Of a DNA stretch of 64,000 nucleotides, positions 10,259-19,625 are shown one piece after another. Within the stretch, counting starts at the first letter, position 1. Every line of letters starts with the position of its first letter. The translations under genes were made by a program, and so were the position numbers. The notes under the pieces were generated by a model that did not search any database, was not told where the DNA came from, and was given only the letters and a program-made list of their open reading frames with translations. Source of the stretch: Oscillospiraceae bacterium. GTDB lineage: Bacteria > Bacillota > Clostridia > Oscillospirales > CAG-272. The stretch is from the NCBI GenBank assembly GCA_015064445.1, contig SVSE01000001.1, positions 344,924 through 408,923 of the forward strand, read 5' to 3'.

Positions 10259-12112
10259 TTATTTGTCAAGTGCTGATGAGACATCAAGCTCATCAAGGCA
10301 CTTACAAATCTCAGAATACATATAAAGCGAGCCGACGCAAAGTAATGCTTTTTTCTGCTCGATTGATGCCTTGATAGCCTTTTTTAGTGCATCAGAAACA
10401 GATTCGCAAGGATATGCAGTGATACCATTCTCTGCGTATACACGAGCATACTCATCTGCGCCAAGCGCCCTTGGATTGTCTGGTCTTATGCAATAAACCT
10501 CGTTTGCAATAGAGCCTATTTGCTCTGCTATATATCTATAATCCTTATCAGCCATAACACCAGTTATGATATTGATTTTTTCGTTTTCAAAGTAGCCCTT
10601 AACGCTATCAACAGCGCTTTTTACGCCCTGTGGATTGTGTCCACCATCAGCGATAATCAAAGGATTTTTCGAAAGGATTTCAAATCTCGCATGCCATTCA
10701 ACAACGGAGAGTCCGTCGTATATTGCCTCGTTTGGTATATCTATACCAAGCGATTTAAGAATATCGATTGCCGAGAGGACATTTGATGCATTAAATGGCT
10801 GATATTTACCAAGAAGTGGAATATGCACATTCTTGTATTCACCATAATCAAAATTTGTGCCCTCTAAGGTAAGGTCTTTTATTTCTGTTTTCGAATGGTC
10901 AACACTAAAAAGCTCAGAGCCAAGCTCGAGTGCGCGAGCGCTTATGATATTCTCAGCCTCCTTGCTTTCCCCACACCAAAGGCAAGGAATGCCAGGCTTT
11001 ATAATTCCTGCCTTTTCAAAGGCAATCTTCTCTATTGTATCTCCCAAAATCGAGGTGTGATCAAAATCAATTCCTGTTATTACAGATAAAACAGGGGTAT
11101 CGATTATATTAGTCGAGTCAAGACGACCACCTAAGCCACACTCTAAAACAACATAATCACAGTTGCTTTGAGCGAAGTATTCGAGGGCAATAGCGGTTAT
11201 AAGCTCAAATTCAGTAGGCTTCTCTGCCATTTTATCAGCGATAGGCTTTACCTTTTCAGTAAGTGAGACAAGCTCGTCATTTGAAACCATTTCTCCGTTT
11301 ATCGCCATTCTCTCGTTGAAGGTCTTAACATACGGAGATGTAAATGTACCTACCTTATAGCCTGCCTTGCTTAGCACGCTCGAAAGCATTGCACAAAATG
11401 AGCCCTTGCCATTAGTGCCTGCAACATGAATAAATTTAAGGGATTTTTGAGGGCTTCCAAGCGCCTCGCAAAGCTCTTTTATTCTATCAAGACCTGGATT
11501 GCAGAAGGTCCAGTTGATTTTATGGATATATTCAAGCGCGTCATCATAGGTCATTTTGGGTGTTTCTTTTTCGCTGACATATCCGACAGCCTTAGCGAAG
11601 CTTTTCCTTTTAAGCAAGGCACAAAGAAGCAAAATTTCAACAGGGGCGATGAGCATATAAAGTGGAATTCTCAAAAGCACAAGCGCTCCGTAGAACTGAT
11701 AAAGTCCTATAGGCTTTACTATCATTGAGCCCACAATATGAGCAAGTGCGCCACTTACTACAATTTGAAGTGTTCCCTTTTTGCGAATTATAAGCTTTGA
11801 TGAGATTCCCGACAAAACTCCGACAAGCGTTGCGCCAAGAGTTACGATTAGATTTGGTGGGTATGCCTGACTTGAAAGCAAATAGCTGACAAGGTCCGAG
11901 CAAGCGCCAACCACTCCACCGACAATAGGACCATATAAAATTCCCGAAAGAATTATCGGCAGATTTTCGAAGGTGATTCTAAAAAGTCCACCATCAAAAT
12001 TTAAAGCAGTTTTACAAAAGATACCGATTACGACACTTATTGCTGTAAGCATCGCCGAAATTGTCAACGCACGAATGCTTCCAAAAAGCGCCATTTTTTT
12101 AGAATTTTGCAT
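10259..12112 (-). CDS. folC: fusion protein: ECF folate S-component (FolT-like) + folylpolyglutamate synthase (FolC)
   Basis: N-terminal ~185 aa multi-TM S-component-like segment (FRITFENLPIILSGILYGPIVGG). It continues without a stop into a Mur-ligase/FolC domain (HVAGTNGKGS, LECGLGGRLDSTN, DFDH). Start set to ATG 12112 with a GAGGAGG RBS. The upstream 46 tracked codons overlie the riboswitch. Confidence 0.8.
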   Translation of the reverse strand: MQNSKKMALFGSIRALTISAMLTAISVVIGIFCKTALNFDGGLFRITFENLPIILSGILYGPIVGGVVGACSDLVSYLLSSQAYPPNLIVTLGATLVGVLSGISSKLIIRKKGTLQIVVSGALAHIVGSMIVKPIGLYQFYGALVLLRIPLYMLIAPVEILLLCALLKRKSFAKAVGYVSEKETPKMTYDDALEYIHKINWTFCNPGLDRIKELCEALGSPQKSLKFIHVAGTNGKGSFCAMLSSVLSKAGYKVGTFTSPYVKTFNERMAINGEMVSNDELVSLTEKVKPIADKMAEKPTEFELITAIALEYFAQSNCDYVVLECGLGGRLDSTNIIDTPVLSVITGIDFDHTSILGDTIEKIAFEKAGIIKPGIPCLWCGESKEAENIISARALELGSELFSVDHSKTEIKDLTLEGTNFDYGEYKNVHIPLLGKYQPFNASNVLSAIDILKSLGIDIPNEAIYDGLSVVEWHARFEILSKNPLIIADGGHNPQGVKSAVDSVKGYFENEKINIITGVMADKDYRYIAEQIGSIANEVYCIRPDNPRALGADEYARVYAENGITAYPCESVSDALKKAIKASIEQKKALLCVGSLYMYSEICKCLDELDVSSALDK

Positions 12113-12164
12113 AAAAAAATACCTCCTCAATGAAATACAGATTTTCAGCAACCATCTTGGAGAT

Positions 12165-12262
12165 AAGTCCAGCGGGATGCAACGAGTGCACCGCAACCTA
12201 AGTTTTCGTTCGAAAGACAACTCCCCGTTCAATCGACACTTGACGCGCACTCATTTACTCTG
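12165..12262 (-). promoter_or_regulatory. THF (folT-motif) riboswitch
   Basis: Minus-strand RNA reads GAGUAAAUGAGUGCGCGUCAAGUGU...GAACGGGGAGUUGUC...GCGGUGCACUCGUUGCAUCCCGCUGG. This parallels the published THF aptamer core (GAUUCGCGUUAAGUGU...GGGAUGUCGUC...GCGGUGAAUCAUUGCAUCCGCUCC). Downstream UAUCUCCAA can pair with the UUGAGGAGG SD. Confidence 0.8.
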
Positions 12263-12284
12263 TAAAATCTTAAATTATGCCTAT

Positions 12285-12313
12285 ATAATATCACATACGA
12301 CACGCATTTGCAA
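12285..12313 (-). promoter_or_regulatory. promoter of the THF riboswitch-folT/folC unit
   Basis: Minus strand TTGCAA, 17-nt spacer, TGaTATTAT extended -10, about 20 nt upstream of the aptamer. Confidence 0.5.
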
Positions 12314-12352
12314 TAGTTTTTAAAAATTCACAAAATTTTCACATTTCTTATA

Positions 12353-12381
12353 TTGACAATTTTGAGCATCGGGTGTATAAT
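12353..12381 (+). promoter_or_regulatory. near-consensus sigma-A promoter
   Basis: TTGACA (12353-12358), 17-nt spacer, TGtTATAAT (12374-12381). Confidence 0.65.
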
Positions 12382-12393
12382 TTACTTGTAATT

Positions 12394-12408
12394 TGATAAT
12401 TATTCTCA
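12394..12408 (+). promoter_or_regulatory. Fur-family operator (7-1-7 box) overlapping the transcription start
   Basis: TGATAATtATTCTCA versus the B. subtilis Fur 7-1-7 consensus TGATAATnATTATCA (one mismatch). A second degenerate copy TGATAAT...AAAATCA lies at 12412-12432. Confidence 0.55.
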
Positions 12409-12457
12409 AATTGATAATGAAATTGAAAATCATTTGCATTTTAGAAACGAGGATTAA

Positions 12458-13309
12458 ATGACCTTTTCGGAAGCATTACATGTTCTCCTTCACGCATTTT
12501 TGGAGACACTTAAAAGCATTCCATTTCTCTTTATTGCATATTTGCTAATGGAATTTATCGAGCATAAGGCATCGGAGAAAATGGAGAGCTCTCTTAGAAA
12601 ATTGAATAAGGCTGGGCCTGCCATTGGCACTGCTCTTGGCTGTATCCCTCAATGTGGATTTTCAGGCACCGCCTCTAATCTTTACACAACAGGAATTATC
12701 ACAGAGGGTACTCTTATCGCAGTATTTCTTGCAACATCAGACGAGGCAATTCCACTTTTGATAAGCAATCCCGAGGCGCACGGTGCTATTTGGAAGCTTC
12801 TGCTCTGCAAGCTTGGAATAGGAATTGTTGCAGGCTTTGCAATTGACCTAATTTACAGGCTTATGAGGGTGAAAAAAGCGCCTATGGACCTTTGTGAAGA
12901 TTGTGGCTGTGATGAGGAAAAGAATATTTGGATTCCAACCATTAAGCACACGGTAAAAATAAGTATTTTTATTTTAATTGTCAACATTATTCTTGGCTTT
13001 GCAATAGCGCTTCTTGGACACGATAGATTAAATGCTATTCTTTTGAGTGGAAGCTTGGCACAGCCATTTGTAACAGCGCTTATAGGTCTTATTCCTAACT
13101 GTGCTGTATCTGTTGCACTAACAGAGCTTTATATTGGTGGATCGCTCTCGTTTGGCTCTGCTGTTGCAGGACTTTGCTCTGGTGCTGGAATCGGTCTTAC
13201 CGTACTCTTCAAGAGCAACAAAAATTGGAAAGAAAATTTACGCATAGTGGGCATTCTCTATTTGATTTCTTCAATATTTGGATTTGTGCTTATGCTATGT
13301 GGAGTGTGA
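12458..13309 (+). CDS. 10-TM putative metal permease (ArsP_2 / putative manganese transporter-like family)
   Basis: Family-typical GCIPQCGFSGTAS and LIPNCAVSVALTELY motifs and a Cys-rich loop CEDCGCDEE. Assignment by resemblance only. Confidence 0.5.
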   Translation: MTFSEALHVLLHAFLETLKSIPFLFIAYLLMEFIEHKASEKMESSLRKLNKAGPAIGTALGCIPQCGFSGTASNLYTTGIITEGTLIAVFLATSDEAIPLLISNPEAHGAIWKLLLCKLGIGIVAGFAIDLIYRLMRVKKAPMDLCEDCGCDEEKNIWIPTIKHTVKISIFILIVNIILGFAIALLGHDRLNAILLSGSLAQPFVTALIGLIPNCAVSVALTELYIGGSLSFGSAVAGLCSGAGIGLTVLFKSNKNWKENLRIVGILYLISSIFGFVLMLCGV

Positions 13310-13318
13310 GGTGTTTTT

Positions 13319-13960
13319 ATGATAAGTGTTAAAAATCTATCAAAGCATTTTAGAAATGAAACCGCCATTGACTACAAGGATATAATTTTTGAGGACGGCA
13401 AATCCTATATGCTTCTCGGTGCTTCGGGCTGTGGAAAATCTACGCTTCTTAATATGATTGCAGGTATTCTCTCCCCTGAAAGTGGCGAAATCGAGATTGA
13501 TGGTGTTGAAATGTCATCAAAATCTCAAAAGGAAAAGGACAAGTTTAGAATTGAAAAAATAGGATATATTTTCCAAGATTTTAAGCTTATTCCTGAAATG
13601 AGCGTTATAGACAACATAAACATTTTGAATCTTGAGGGTGTTGATACATCGGGGGCTGACGAGTTCCTCGAAAAGCTCGAAATTCTCGATAAAAAGAACA
13701 AAAAGGTTAAAAACCTTTCAGGTGGAGAAAGACAGCGTGTTGCCATTGTGCGCGCTATCGTAAAAAAGCCTGATATTATCTTGGCAGATGAGCCAACTGG
13801 CAACCTTAATTTTGCCATTGGCGAGCAAGTTATAAAGGAGCTTGTTGAAATTTCAAAGGGTAAAACTCTTATTGCTGTTACTCACGATGAGCGACTTGCA
13901 AAATACTTCGACTGTGTAATTGATATGAACGAGATGACAGGAGGTAGACGCGATGTTTAA
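13319..13960 (+). CDS. ABC transporter ATP-binding protein (MacB/LolD/FtsE-like)
   Basis: Walker [10 protein letters not shown], signature LSGGERQR, Walker B IILADEPT. Confidence 0.9.
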   Translation: MISVKNLSKHFRNETAIDYKDIIFEDGKSYMLLGASGCGKSTLLNMIAGILSPESGEIEIDGVEMSSKSQKEKDKFRIEKIGYIFQDFKLIPEMSVIDNINILNLEGVDTSGADEFLEKLEILDKKNKKVKNLSGGERQRVAIVRAIVKKPDIILADEPTGNLNFAIGEQVIKELVEISKGKTLIAVTHDERLAKYFDCVIDMNEMTGGRRDV

Positions 13961-15128
13961 GTTTGCTCTTAAAAATATGGCGATTAAGAAAATTCAAATT
14001 ATTCTTGTCGTAATATCTGTTGTTATTTCAGCTGGCGTTGCCATTCTTGCGTTCAATGTTGCTTCGCAAATTGATGATGGAATCTCGTCAAATGCTGGTT
14101 ATTATTCTCTCATTATAGGTCCTGCTGGCTCGAATACTGACCTTGCAATGAACTCTATGTATTTCACTGGCAATCCAACTGAAACTATTCCCTATTCTTA
14201 TATTGACACACTTTACAAGGACACTAATGTTAAAAGAGTTATCCCTCTCGCAATCGGCGGTGGAACATACAAAAATCAGTATAAGGTTGTAGGAACATCA
14301 TCTGATCTTTTTGCGTCAAACGAATTTGCATCAGGCGATATATTTAACGACAATACCGACTGTCAGGTAGTTGTTGGCTATACCGTTGCTCAAAGAAACA
14401 ACCTAAAGGTTGGCGACAAAATAAAAATAGGTCACGGAACTGAGGACCACGGACACGACCTTGAGGTTGTTGGAATCCTCGAGCAAACCTATTCATCGTA
14501 CGACAACATAGTGTTCACACAAGTTAAAACTCTTTGGCATTTGCACGAGCATGAGGGCGAGGAGCATGAAAATCACAATGTTTATGCATTTTTGGTAAAC
14601 ACAAAGAATTTAACTGGCGCCTCTGTTCTTGTAAATAAGCTCAACAACACAGTTATCACAGATGAGCATGGCACAGAATATCCTATTCAAGCAATCGAGC
14701 CTATGAACATCGTACGTGGCGTGCTTGACGACCTTGGAGATACAAAATATATTACATTTGTTCTCTGCGGAATCATTCTTGCAATGAACATTTTGATAAT
14801 TTCAATTATCACTCTTCTCAATATGTACAACTCTAAAAAGGAAATTGCGCTTATGCGTCTTATCGGTATAAGCATGAAGAAGATTAACCTTCTCTACATA
14901 ATTCAAAACAGCATAATTGGCATTATTTCTACGATACTTGCATTTGGAGCTTCAAGGCTATGTCTGTTATTTATGAGCGATTATGTACAAGGAATGGGAG
15001 TTGTTCTCAACTATGGTAAGATTTACGGTCTTGAATTTGTGATTCTCTTGGGAGTATTTATAATAACTGTATTACCAACAATTATTTGCACATATTCTAT
15101 GGCAAGAAAGGATAGCTTAGAGCAATGA
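13953..15128 (+). CDS. FtsX/MacB-type ABC transporter permease
   Basis: N-terminal TM, large extracytoplasmic domain, C-terminal three-TM FtsX domain. Overlaps both neighbours. Confidence 0.8.
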   Translation: MFKFALKNMAIKKIQIILVVISVVISAGVAILAFNVASQIDDGISSNAGYYSLIIGPAGSNTDLAMNSMYFTGNPTETIPYSYIDTLYKDTNVKRVIPLAIGGGTYKNQYKVVGTSSDLFASNEFASGDIFNDNTDCQVVVGYTVAQRNNLKVGDKIKIGHGTEDHGHDLEVVGILEQTYSSYDNIVFTQVKTLWHLHEHEGEEHENHNVYAFLVNTKNLTGASVLVNKLNNTVITDEHGTEYPIQAIEPMNIVRGVLDDLGDTKYITFVLCGIILAMNILIISIITLLNMYNSKKEIALMRLIGISMKKINLLYIIQNSIIGIISTILAFGASRLCLLFMSDYVQGMGVVLNYGKIYGLEFVILLGVFIITVLPTIICTYSMARKDSLEQ

Positions 15129-16069
15129 AAAGAAACATTATTTTAAAGATAGTCGCGCTTATGCTTGCTTGTGTTTTTCTATTTGCCCTTGTGTCCTGTA
15201 ATGATACAAATTATGATAATCCAACTAAGATAAGCTTCAAGAGTGCTCTAAGCTATGAATATCTTAAAACTCTTGATGGAACGCCTATCACAATCAACGG
15301 ATATATGGCAACAAGCTCACCTGTTGATGGCTCATATATTTACCTTATGAACCTTCCATATCAAAGCTGTCCATTCTGTCTTCCTAACACAAATGAGCTT
15401 TCCAACACCATGGCAGTTTATCCACAGGATAAAAAGAAGTTTGATTATACAACTCAAGCCATTAAAATCACTGGAATTCTTGAGGTTTCAAGAAACAAGG
15501 ATACATTCTTCAAGGACGACTATGGATACGAGTTCAATTTCAAAATTGTTGATGCTTATTATGATATTCTTGATGAAAGCGAGCTTGGTGACAAGTCACT
15601 TTGGACAGAAATTGCAAGCAGTAATCTTATAACTGACATTTATGCAATGTACGATTACCTCTACTTCTCTACACATTGGTTTACCTACACAGCAAAATTT
15701 GAGAGTGGCGAGGATTATCTCTATCCAAGCGATGCAATCTACTTTATAACCGAAAGTGGCGCGCAATTCAATTACGGATATCAGGACGGATATTTTGACA
15801 CTTTAAGAAGCAATATTAAAAGCATCAGCGAAACTGAGCTCGAGGAGCTTCTCGAAATAATAGACAGAGCCGAGGCTCTATCAAAGCTTGCCGTTTCAGA
15901 GCTTCAAAGAGGTCTTAATAACACAAGCGTTTATAAGCCTGTTGTTAAATACTCTGAGCAATTCAAGGGCAACAGAACTCAATATGAGTATCTTTCAGAT
16001 GATTTGCAAGTGCAATATAACGAGCTTTTCGCCGACTTCTCCAACTGGATGTCAAGCTTTGAATATTAA
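15125..16069 (+). CDS. lipoprotein of unknown function (DUF3299-like N-terminal part)
   Basis: Signal peptide with lipobox LVSC. GYMATS...LMNLPYQSCPFCLP motif. ATGA overlap with the permease. Confidence 0.65.
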   Translation: MKRNIILKIVALMLACVFLFALVSCNDTNYDNPTKISFKSALSYEYLKTLDGTPITINGYMATSSPVDGSYIYLMNLPYQSCPFCLPNTNELSNTMAVYPQDKKKFDYTTQAIKITGILEVSRNKDTFFKDDYGYEFNFKIVDAYYDILDESELGDKSLWTEIASSNLITDIYAMYDYLYFSTHWFTYTAKFESGEDYLYPSDAIYFITESGAQFNYGYQDGYFDTLRSNIKSISETELEELLEIIDRAEALSKLAVSELQRGLNNTSVYKPVVKYSEQFKGNRTQYEYLSDDLQVQYNELFADFSNWMSSFEY

Positions 16070-16076
16070 AATCATT

Positions 16077-16105
16077 GGCAGGGATTAATTCCCTGCCTTC
16101 ATTTT
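16077..16105 (+). terminator. terminator of the Fur-box operon
   Basis: GGCAGGGA-TTAA-TTCCCTGCC hairpin followed by TTCATTTTT. Confidence 0.7.
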
Positions 16106-16126
16106 TGAATTTTTTCAAAATTCGCC

Positions 16127-16155
16127 TTGACAACTTTGATAACATATGTTAAAAT
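16127..16155 (+). promoter_or_regulatory. promoter of the thrS leader
   Basis: TTGACA (16127-16132), 17-nt spacer, TGtTAAAAT (16147-16155). Confidence 0.6.
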
Positions 16156-16159
16156 GTAG

Positions 16160-16378
16160 TCGTTAAAAGCATTGACGGAAAGAGTAACGAGATTTTTGCT
16201 TTTCAGAGAGGATGGCATATGGTGAAAGCTATCTATTGCGACACTCGTGAAGACCACTCCCGAGCTGTAAAGGGGTAACAACCTTTATCGTATATTCTGC
16301 GTTAAGGATTTGAGTTAAACACAAGGTGGAACCGTGCAATTGCACCCTTGATGCCGTTTTGGCGTCAAGGGTTTTTAT
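16160..16378 (+). promoter_or_regulatory. T-box leader, threonine specifier (ACC)
   Basis: Stem I elements (AGAGAG, GGUGAAAG). ACC followed by A at 16253-16256. T-box core AAGGUGGAACCGUGC at 16323-16337. Terminator CCCTTGATGCC/GGCGTCAAGGG plus T-run at 16345-16376. Confidence 0.8.
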
Positions 16379-16406
16379 TTTTGATTTTTTACAAGGGGGA
16401 TATAAT

Positions 16407-18206
16407 ATGAAAATTGTTTTGAATGACGGAACAGTAAGAGAATGCGAAAGCAAGGCTGAAGAGCTTCAGGTTATCCGTCACAGTGCAGCCCACATTATGG
16501 CTCAGGCTATTAAGCGTCTTTTCCCACAGGCGATCTTTGCTTATGGTCCTGCAACTGAAAAGGGCTTCTATTATGATGTTGACTTGGGCGACACAAAGCT
16601 TACCGATGCTGACCTTGCCAACATTGAAAAGGAAATGAAGAAAATCACAAAGGAAAATCTTCCTATAAAGGCATTTACTCTTCCCCGTGCCGAGGCTATT
16701 GCCTTGATGCAGGAGCGTGGAGAGATATACAAGGTTGAGCACATTGATGACTTGCCAGAGGATGCTGTTATAAGCTTCTATCAGCAGGGCGATTATATTG
16801 ATATGTGTGTTGGCCCTCATCTCTGCTATACAAAGGCTCTTAAGGCATTCAAGGTTATGAAGCTTTCTGGTGCTTATTGGAAGAATGACAAGAACAACAA
16901 GATGCTTACTCGTGTAAATGGTACTGCATTTGCAAATCAAGAGGAGCTTGAAAATCATCTCAAGATGCTTGAGGAGGCTGAAAAGCGCGACCACAACAAG
17001 ATTGGACGCGACCTTGAATACTTCACAACCGTTGATTCTATCGGTCAAGGCTTGCCTATTCTCTTGCCAAAGGGCTCAAGAGTTATTCAGCTTCTCCAAA
17101 GATGGGTTGAGGACACCGAGCAAAAGCGTGGCTATCTTCTCACAAAGACTCCACTTATGGCAAAGCGCGACCTTTATAAGATTTCAGGACACTGGGACCA
17201 CTACCTTGACGGTATGTTTGTTATGGGGGATCCTGATGATTACACAAAAGAGTGCTTTGCACTCCGTCCTATGACCTGCCCGTTCCAGTATCAGGTATTT
17301 CTTAACAAAAAGCGCTCATATAGAGACCTTCCTATGCGTCTTGGCGAAACATCTACTCTCTTCCGTAACGAGGACAGCGGAGAGATGCACGGACTTATTC
17401 GTGTAAGACAGTTTACAATTTCCGAGGGACACCTTGTTCTCCGTCCTGATCAGCTCGCAGACGAATTCAAGGGCTGTCTTGACCTTGCAAAGTATTGCCT
17501 TGAAACCGTTGGCCTTTGGGAGGACTGCACATTCCGCTTCTCACAGTGGGATCCTAACCGTAAGGACAAATATGAGGGAACTGCCGAGCAATGGGATGAG
17601 GCACAAAGAATTATGGGCGAAATCCTTGATGATATCGGTCTTGAATATGAGATTGGTATTGACGAGGCTGCATTCTATGGTCCTAAGCTTGACATTCAGT
17701 GCAAAAATGTATTTGGTAAAGAGGACACTATCGTTACAATTCAAATTGATATGCTTTTGGCAAAGAAATTTGGTATGGAATATGTAGATTCCAACAACGA
17801 AATGGTAACTCCTTATATCATTCACAGAACCTCACTTGGCTGTTACGAAAGAACACTTGCTCTTATTCTTGAAAAGTATGCAGGCGCGCTTCCATTCTGG
17901 CTCGCTCCTACACAGGCTGTTATCGTTCCTATAAATTCCGACTGCGAGGCTTATGCAAACGGAGTTAAGGAAAAGCTTGATGAGCTTGGCATCAGAGTTG
18001 AAATCGACCTTCGTAACGAAACTATGGGTAAGAAAATCCGTGAGGCTCAGCTCCAAAAGGTTCCTTATGTTATCATCGTTGGCAACAATGAGGTTGAGAG
18101 TGGAACTGTATCTCTCCGTGCCCGTGGCGGTGTTGATCTCGGCTCTATGAGCGTTGATGAAATGGCAAACAAATTCGTTTACGAGGTTGCTACAAAAAAG
18201 AGATAA
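16407..18206 (+). CDS. thrS: threonine--tRNA ligase
   Basis: Editing-domain HSAAH, class II core (RPMTCPFQ, FRNE, GLIRVRQF), anticodon-binding C-terminus. Start set to ATG 16407 after the T-box terminator. Confidence 0.9.
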   Translation: MKIVLNDGTVRECESKAEELQVIRHSAAHIMAQAIKRLFPQAIFAYGPATEKGFYYDVDLGDTKLTDADLANIEKEMKKITKENLPIKAFTLPRAEAIALMQERGEIYKVEHIDDLPEDAVISFYQQGDYIDMCVGPHLCYTKALKAFKVMKLSGAYWKNDKNNKMLTRVNGTAFANQEELENHLKMLEEAEKRDHNKIGRDLEYFTTVDSIGQGLPILLPKGSRVIQLLQRWVEDTEQKRGYLLTKTPLMAKRDLYKISGHWDHYLDGMFVMGDPDDYTKECFALRPMTCPFQYQVFLNKKRSYRDLPMRLGETSTLFRNEDSGEMHGLIRVRQFTISEGHLVLRPDQLADEFKGCLDLAKYCLETVGLWEDCTFRFSQWDPNRKDKYEGTAEQWDEAQRIMGEILDDIGLEYEIGIDEAAFYGPKLDIQCKNVFGKEDTIVTIQIDMLLAKKFGMEYVDSNNEMVTPYIIHRTSLGCYERTLALILEKYAGALPFWLAPTQAVIVPINSDCEAYANGVKEKLDELGIRVEIDLRNETMGKKIREAQLQKVPYVIIVGNNEVESGTVSLRARGGVDLGSMSVDEMANKFVYEVATKKR

Positions 18207-18214
18207 ATAAAAAC

Positions 18215-18246
18215 AAAAAATCTTGCCTTTCGGCAAGATTTTTCTT
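18215..18246. terminator. bidirectional terminator between convergent thrS and lysA
   Basis: TCTTGCC-TTTC-GGCAAGA hairpin with A-run and T-run. Confidence 0.7.
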
Positions 18247-18326
18247 TTATATAAAGGATTTTTCGTTTGTTTTGAATTTTTGAATTTAAAAATTCTAAAT
18301 ATTTTGAATTATTAAAATCAAGAATT

Positions 18327-19622
18327 TTATAAATCATTCCTTGTGAGGTCTGCGAAGGTCTCTCTTTTTATGATTTCAAAGTCCTCTCCATCCTTAATTC
18401 CAACGACTGCTGGGCGAGGAATTCTGTTATAATTGCTTGCCATTGAGTAGTTATAAGCGCCTGTTACAAGCACTGCCAAAACATCGCCTCTTTGTGGCCT
18501 TGGAAGGTCAACATTTTCTTGCAAGAGGTCACCACTTTCACAGCATCTTCCTGCAACTGTGCATCTAAAATCAGCCTTATCATTCATTCTTGAAGCCAAG
18601 CAAACGGTATAATCCGCCTGATAAAGAGCGTATCTTGGGTTATCTGGCATACCACCGTCAACGCTTACATAGCTCTTAAAGCCAGGAATTTCCTTTGTGC
18701 CTCCAACGGTGTAAAGAGTAAGAGCCGAGTCAGCGACAATGCTTCTGCCAGGCTCCATTACAATTGTAGGCTTTTTGATACCCGAGGACTTAACCTCATC
18801 ATCAATAAATCTCGAAATAAGTCTTATAAACTCCTCATAATCAAGCTCTGGCTGTGCGTCAATATATCTAACGCCAAAGCCACCACCAAGATTGAGAATG
18901 CTTGCCTCGTAGCCAAGCTCCTTTTTAAGATGAGAGATATACTCTATCATTATCTTGCCCGCATCGCAGAAGGGCTTGATATCAAAAATTTGTGAGCCGA
19001 TATGGCAATGGAAGCCCTCAAGTGAGATGTTTTTCTTTGTAAGGGTATATTTTACAGCCTCGTCAGCTTGTCCTGTTTCGATTGCAATACCAAACTTGCT
19101 GTCAACCTGACCTGTCATAATTGACGCGTGTGTATGAGGGTCAATTCCAGGAGTTAAACGCAAAATAACCTTTTGCACAATTCCCTTTTCGCATGCAACT
19201 CTATCAATTGCATCAAGCTCTGTCATATTATCAACGACAAAATAGCCAACACCATTGTCGATTCCGTAATTTATATCGAAATCGGTCTTGTTGTTTCCGT
19301 GGAAAAACGATTTTGAAACATCAAAGCCAGCCTCAAGTGCTGTATAAAGCTCGCCTGAGGAAACGATGTCGATGCCGACATTTTCTTCCCTTGCTATACG
19401 GTAAATATACTTACAAGAAAAGGATTTGCTGGCAAATGCAGGGAAAGAGCCCTCGCCAAAATGCTTTGCCATAGCTTCCTTATAAATACGAAGGTTTCTT
19501 CTAATTCTTTGCTCGTCCATTACCATAAGCGGCGTTCCATACTTTTTAGCAAGGCTAACTGTGTCAGCGCCTGCAATACAAAGATGTCCCATGGCATTTA
19601 TGCTTAAATTTTCGTGTAACAT
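18327..19622 (-). CDS. lysA: diaminopimelate decarboxylase
   Basis: PLP-dependent Orn/DAP/Arg decarboxylase fold (FASKSF, HCHIGSQ, LNLGGGFG, EPGRSIV, CESGD). Confidence 0.9.
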   Translation of the reverse strand: MLHENLSINAMGHLCIAGADTVSLAKKYGTPLMVMDEQRIRRNLRIYKEAMAKHFGEGSFPAFASKSFSCKYIYRIAREENVGIDIVSSGELYTALEAGFDVSKSFFHGNNKTDFDINYGIDNGVGYFVVDNMTELDAIDRVACEKGIVQKVILRLTPGIDPHTHASIMTGQVDSKFGIAIETGQADEAVKYTLTKKNISLEGFHCHIGSQIFDIKPFCDAGKIMIEYISHLKKELGYEASILNLGGGFGVRYIDAQPELDYEEFIRLISRFIDDEVKSSGIKKPTIVMEPGRSIVADSALTLYTVGGTKEIPGFKSYVSVDGGMPDNPRYALYQADYTVCLASRMNDKADFRCTVAGRCCESGDLLQENVDLPRPQRGDVLAVLVTGAYNYSMASNYNRIPRPAVVGIKDGEDFEIIKRETFADLTRNDL

Positions 19623-19625
19623 TTT

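Noticed and set aside
12113-12250. Upstream extensions of tracked ORFs: 10259-12250, 20368-21387, 16326-18206, 26886-27647, 3820-4419, 21628-23175, 50776-52362 and 56091-57227
   Set aside because: The extensions run through riboswitch, T-box or leader RNA or through the preceding gene, and lack an RBS. Internal ATGs with good Shine-Dalgarno sequences and native-looking N-termini were chosen instead.
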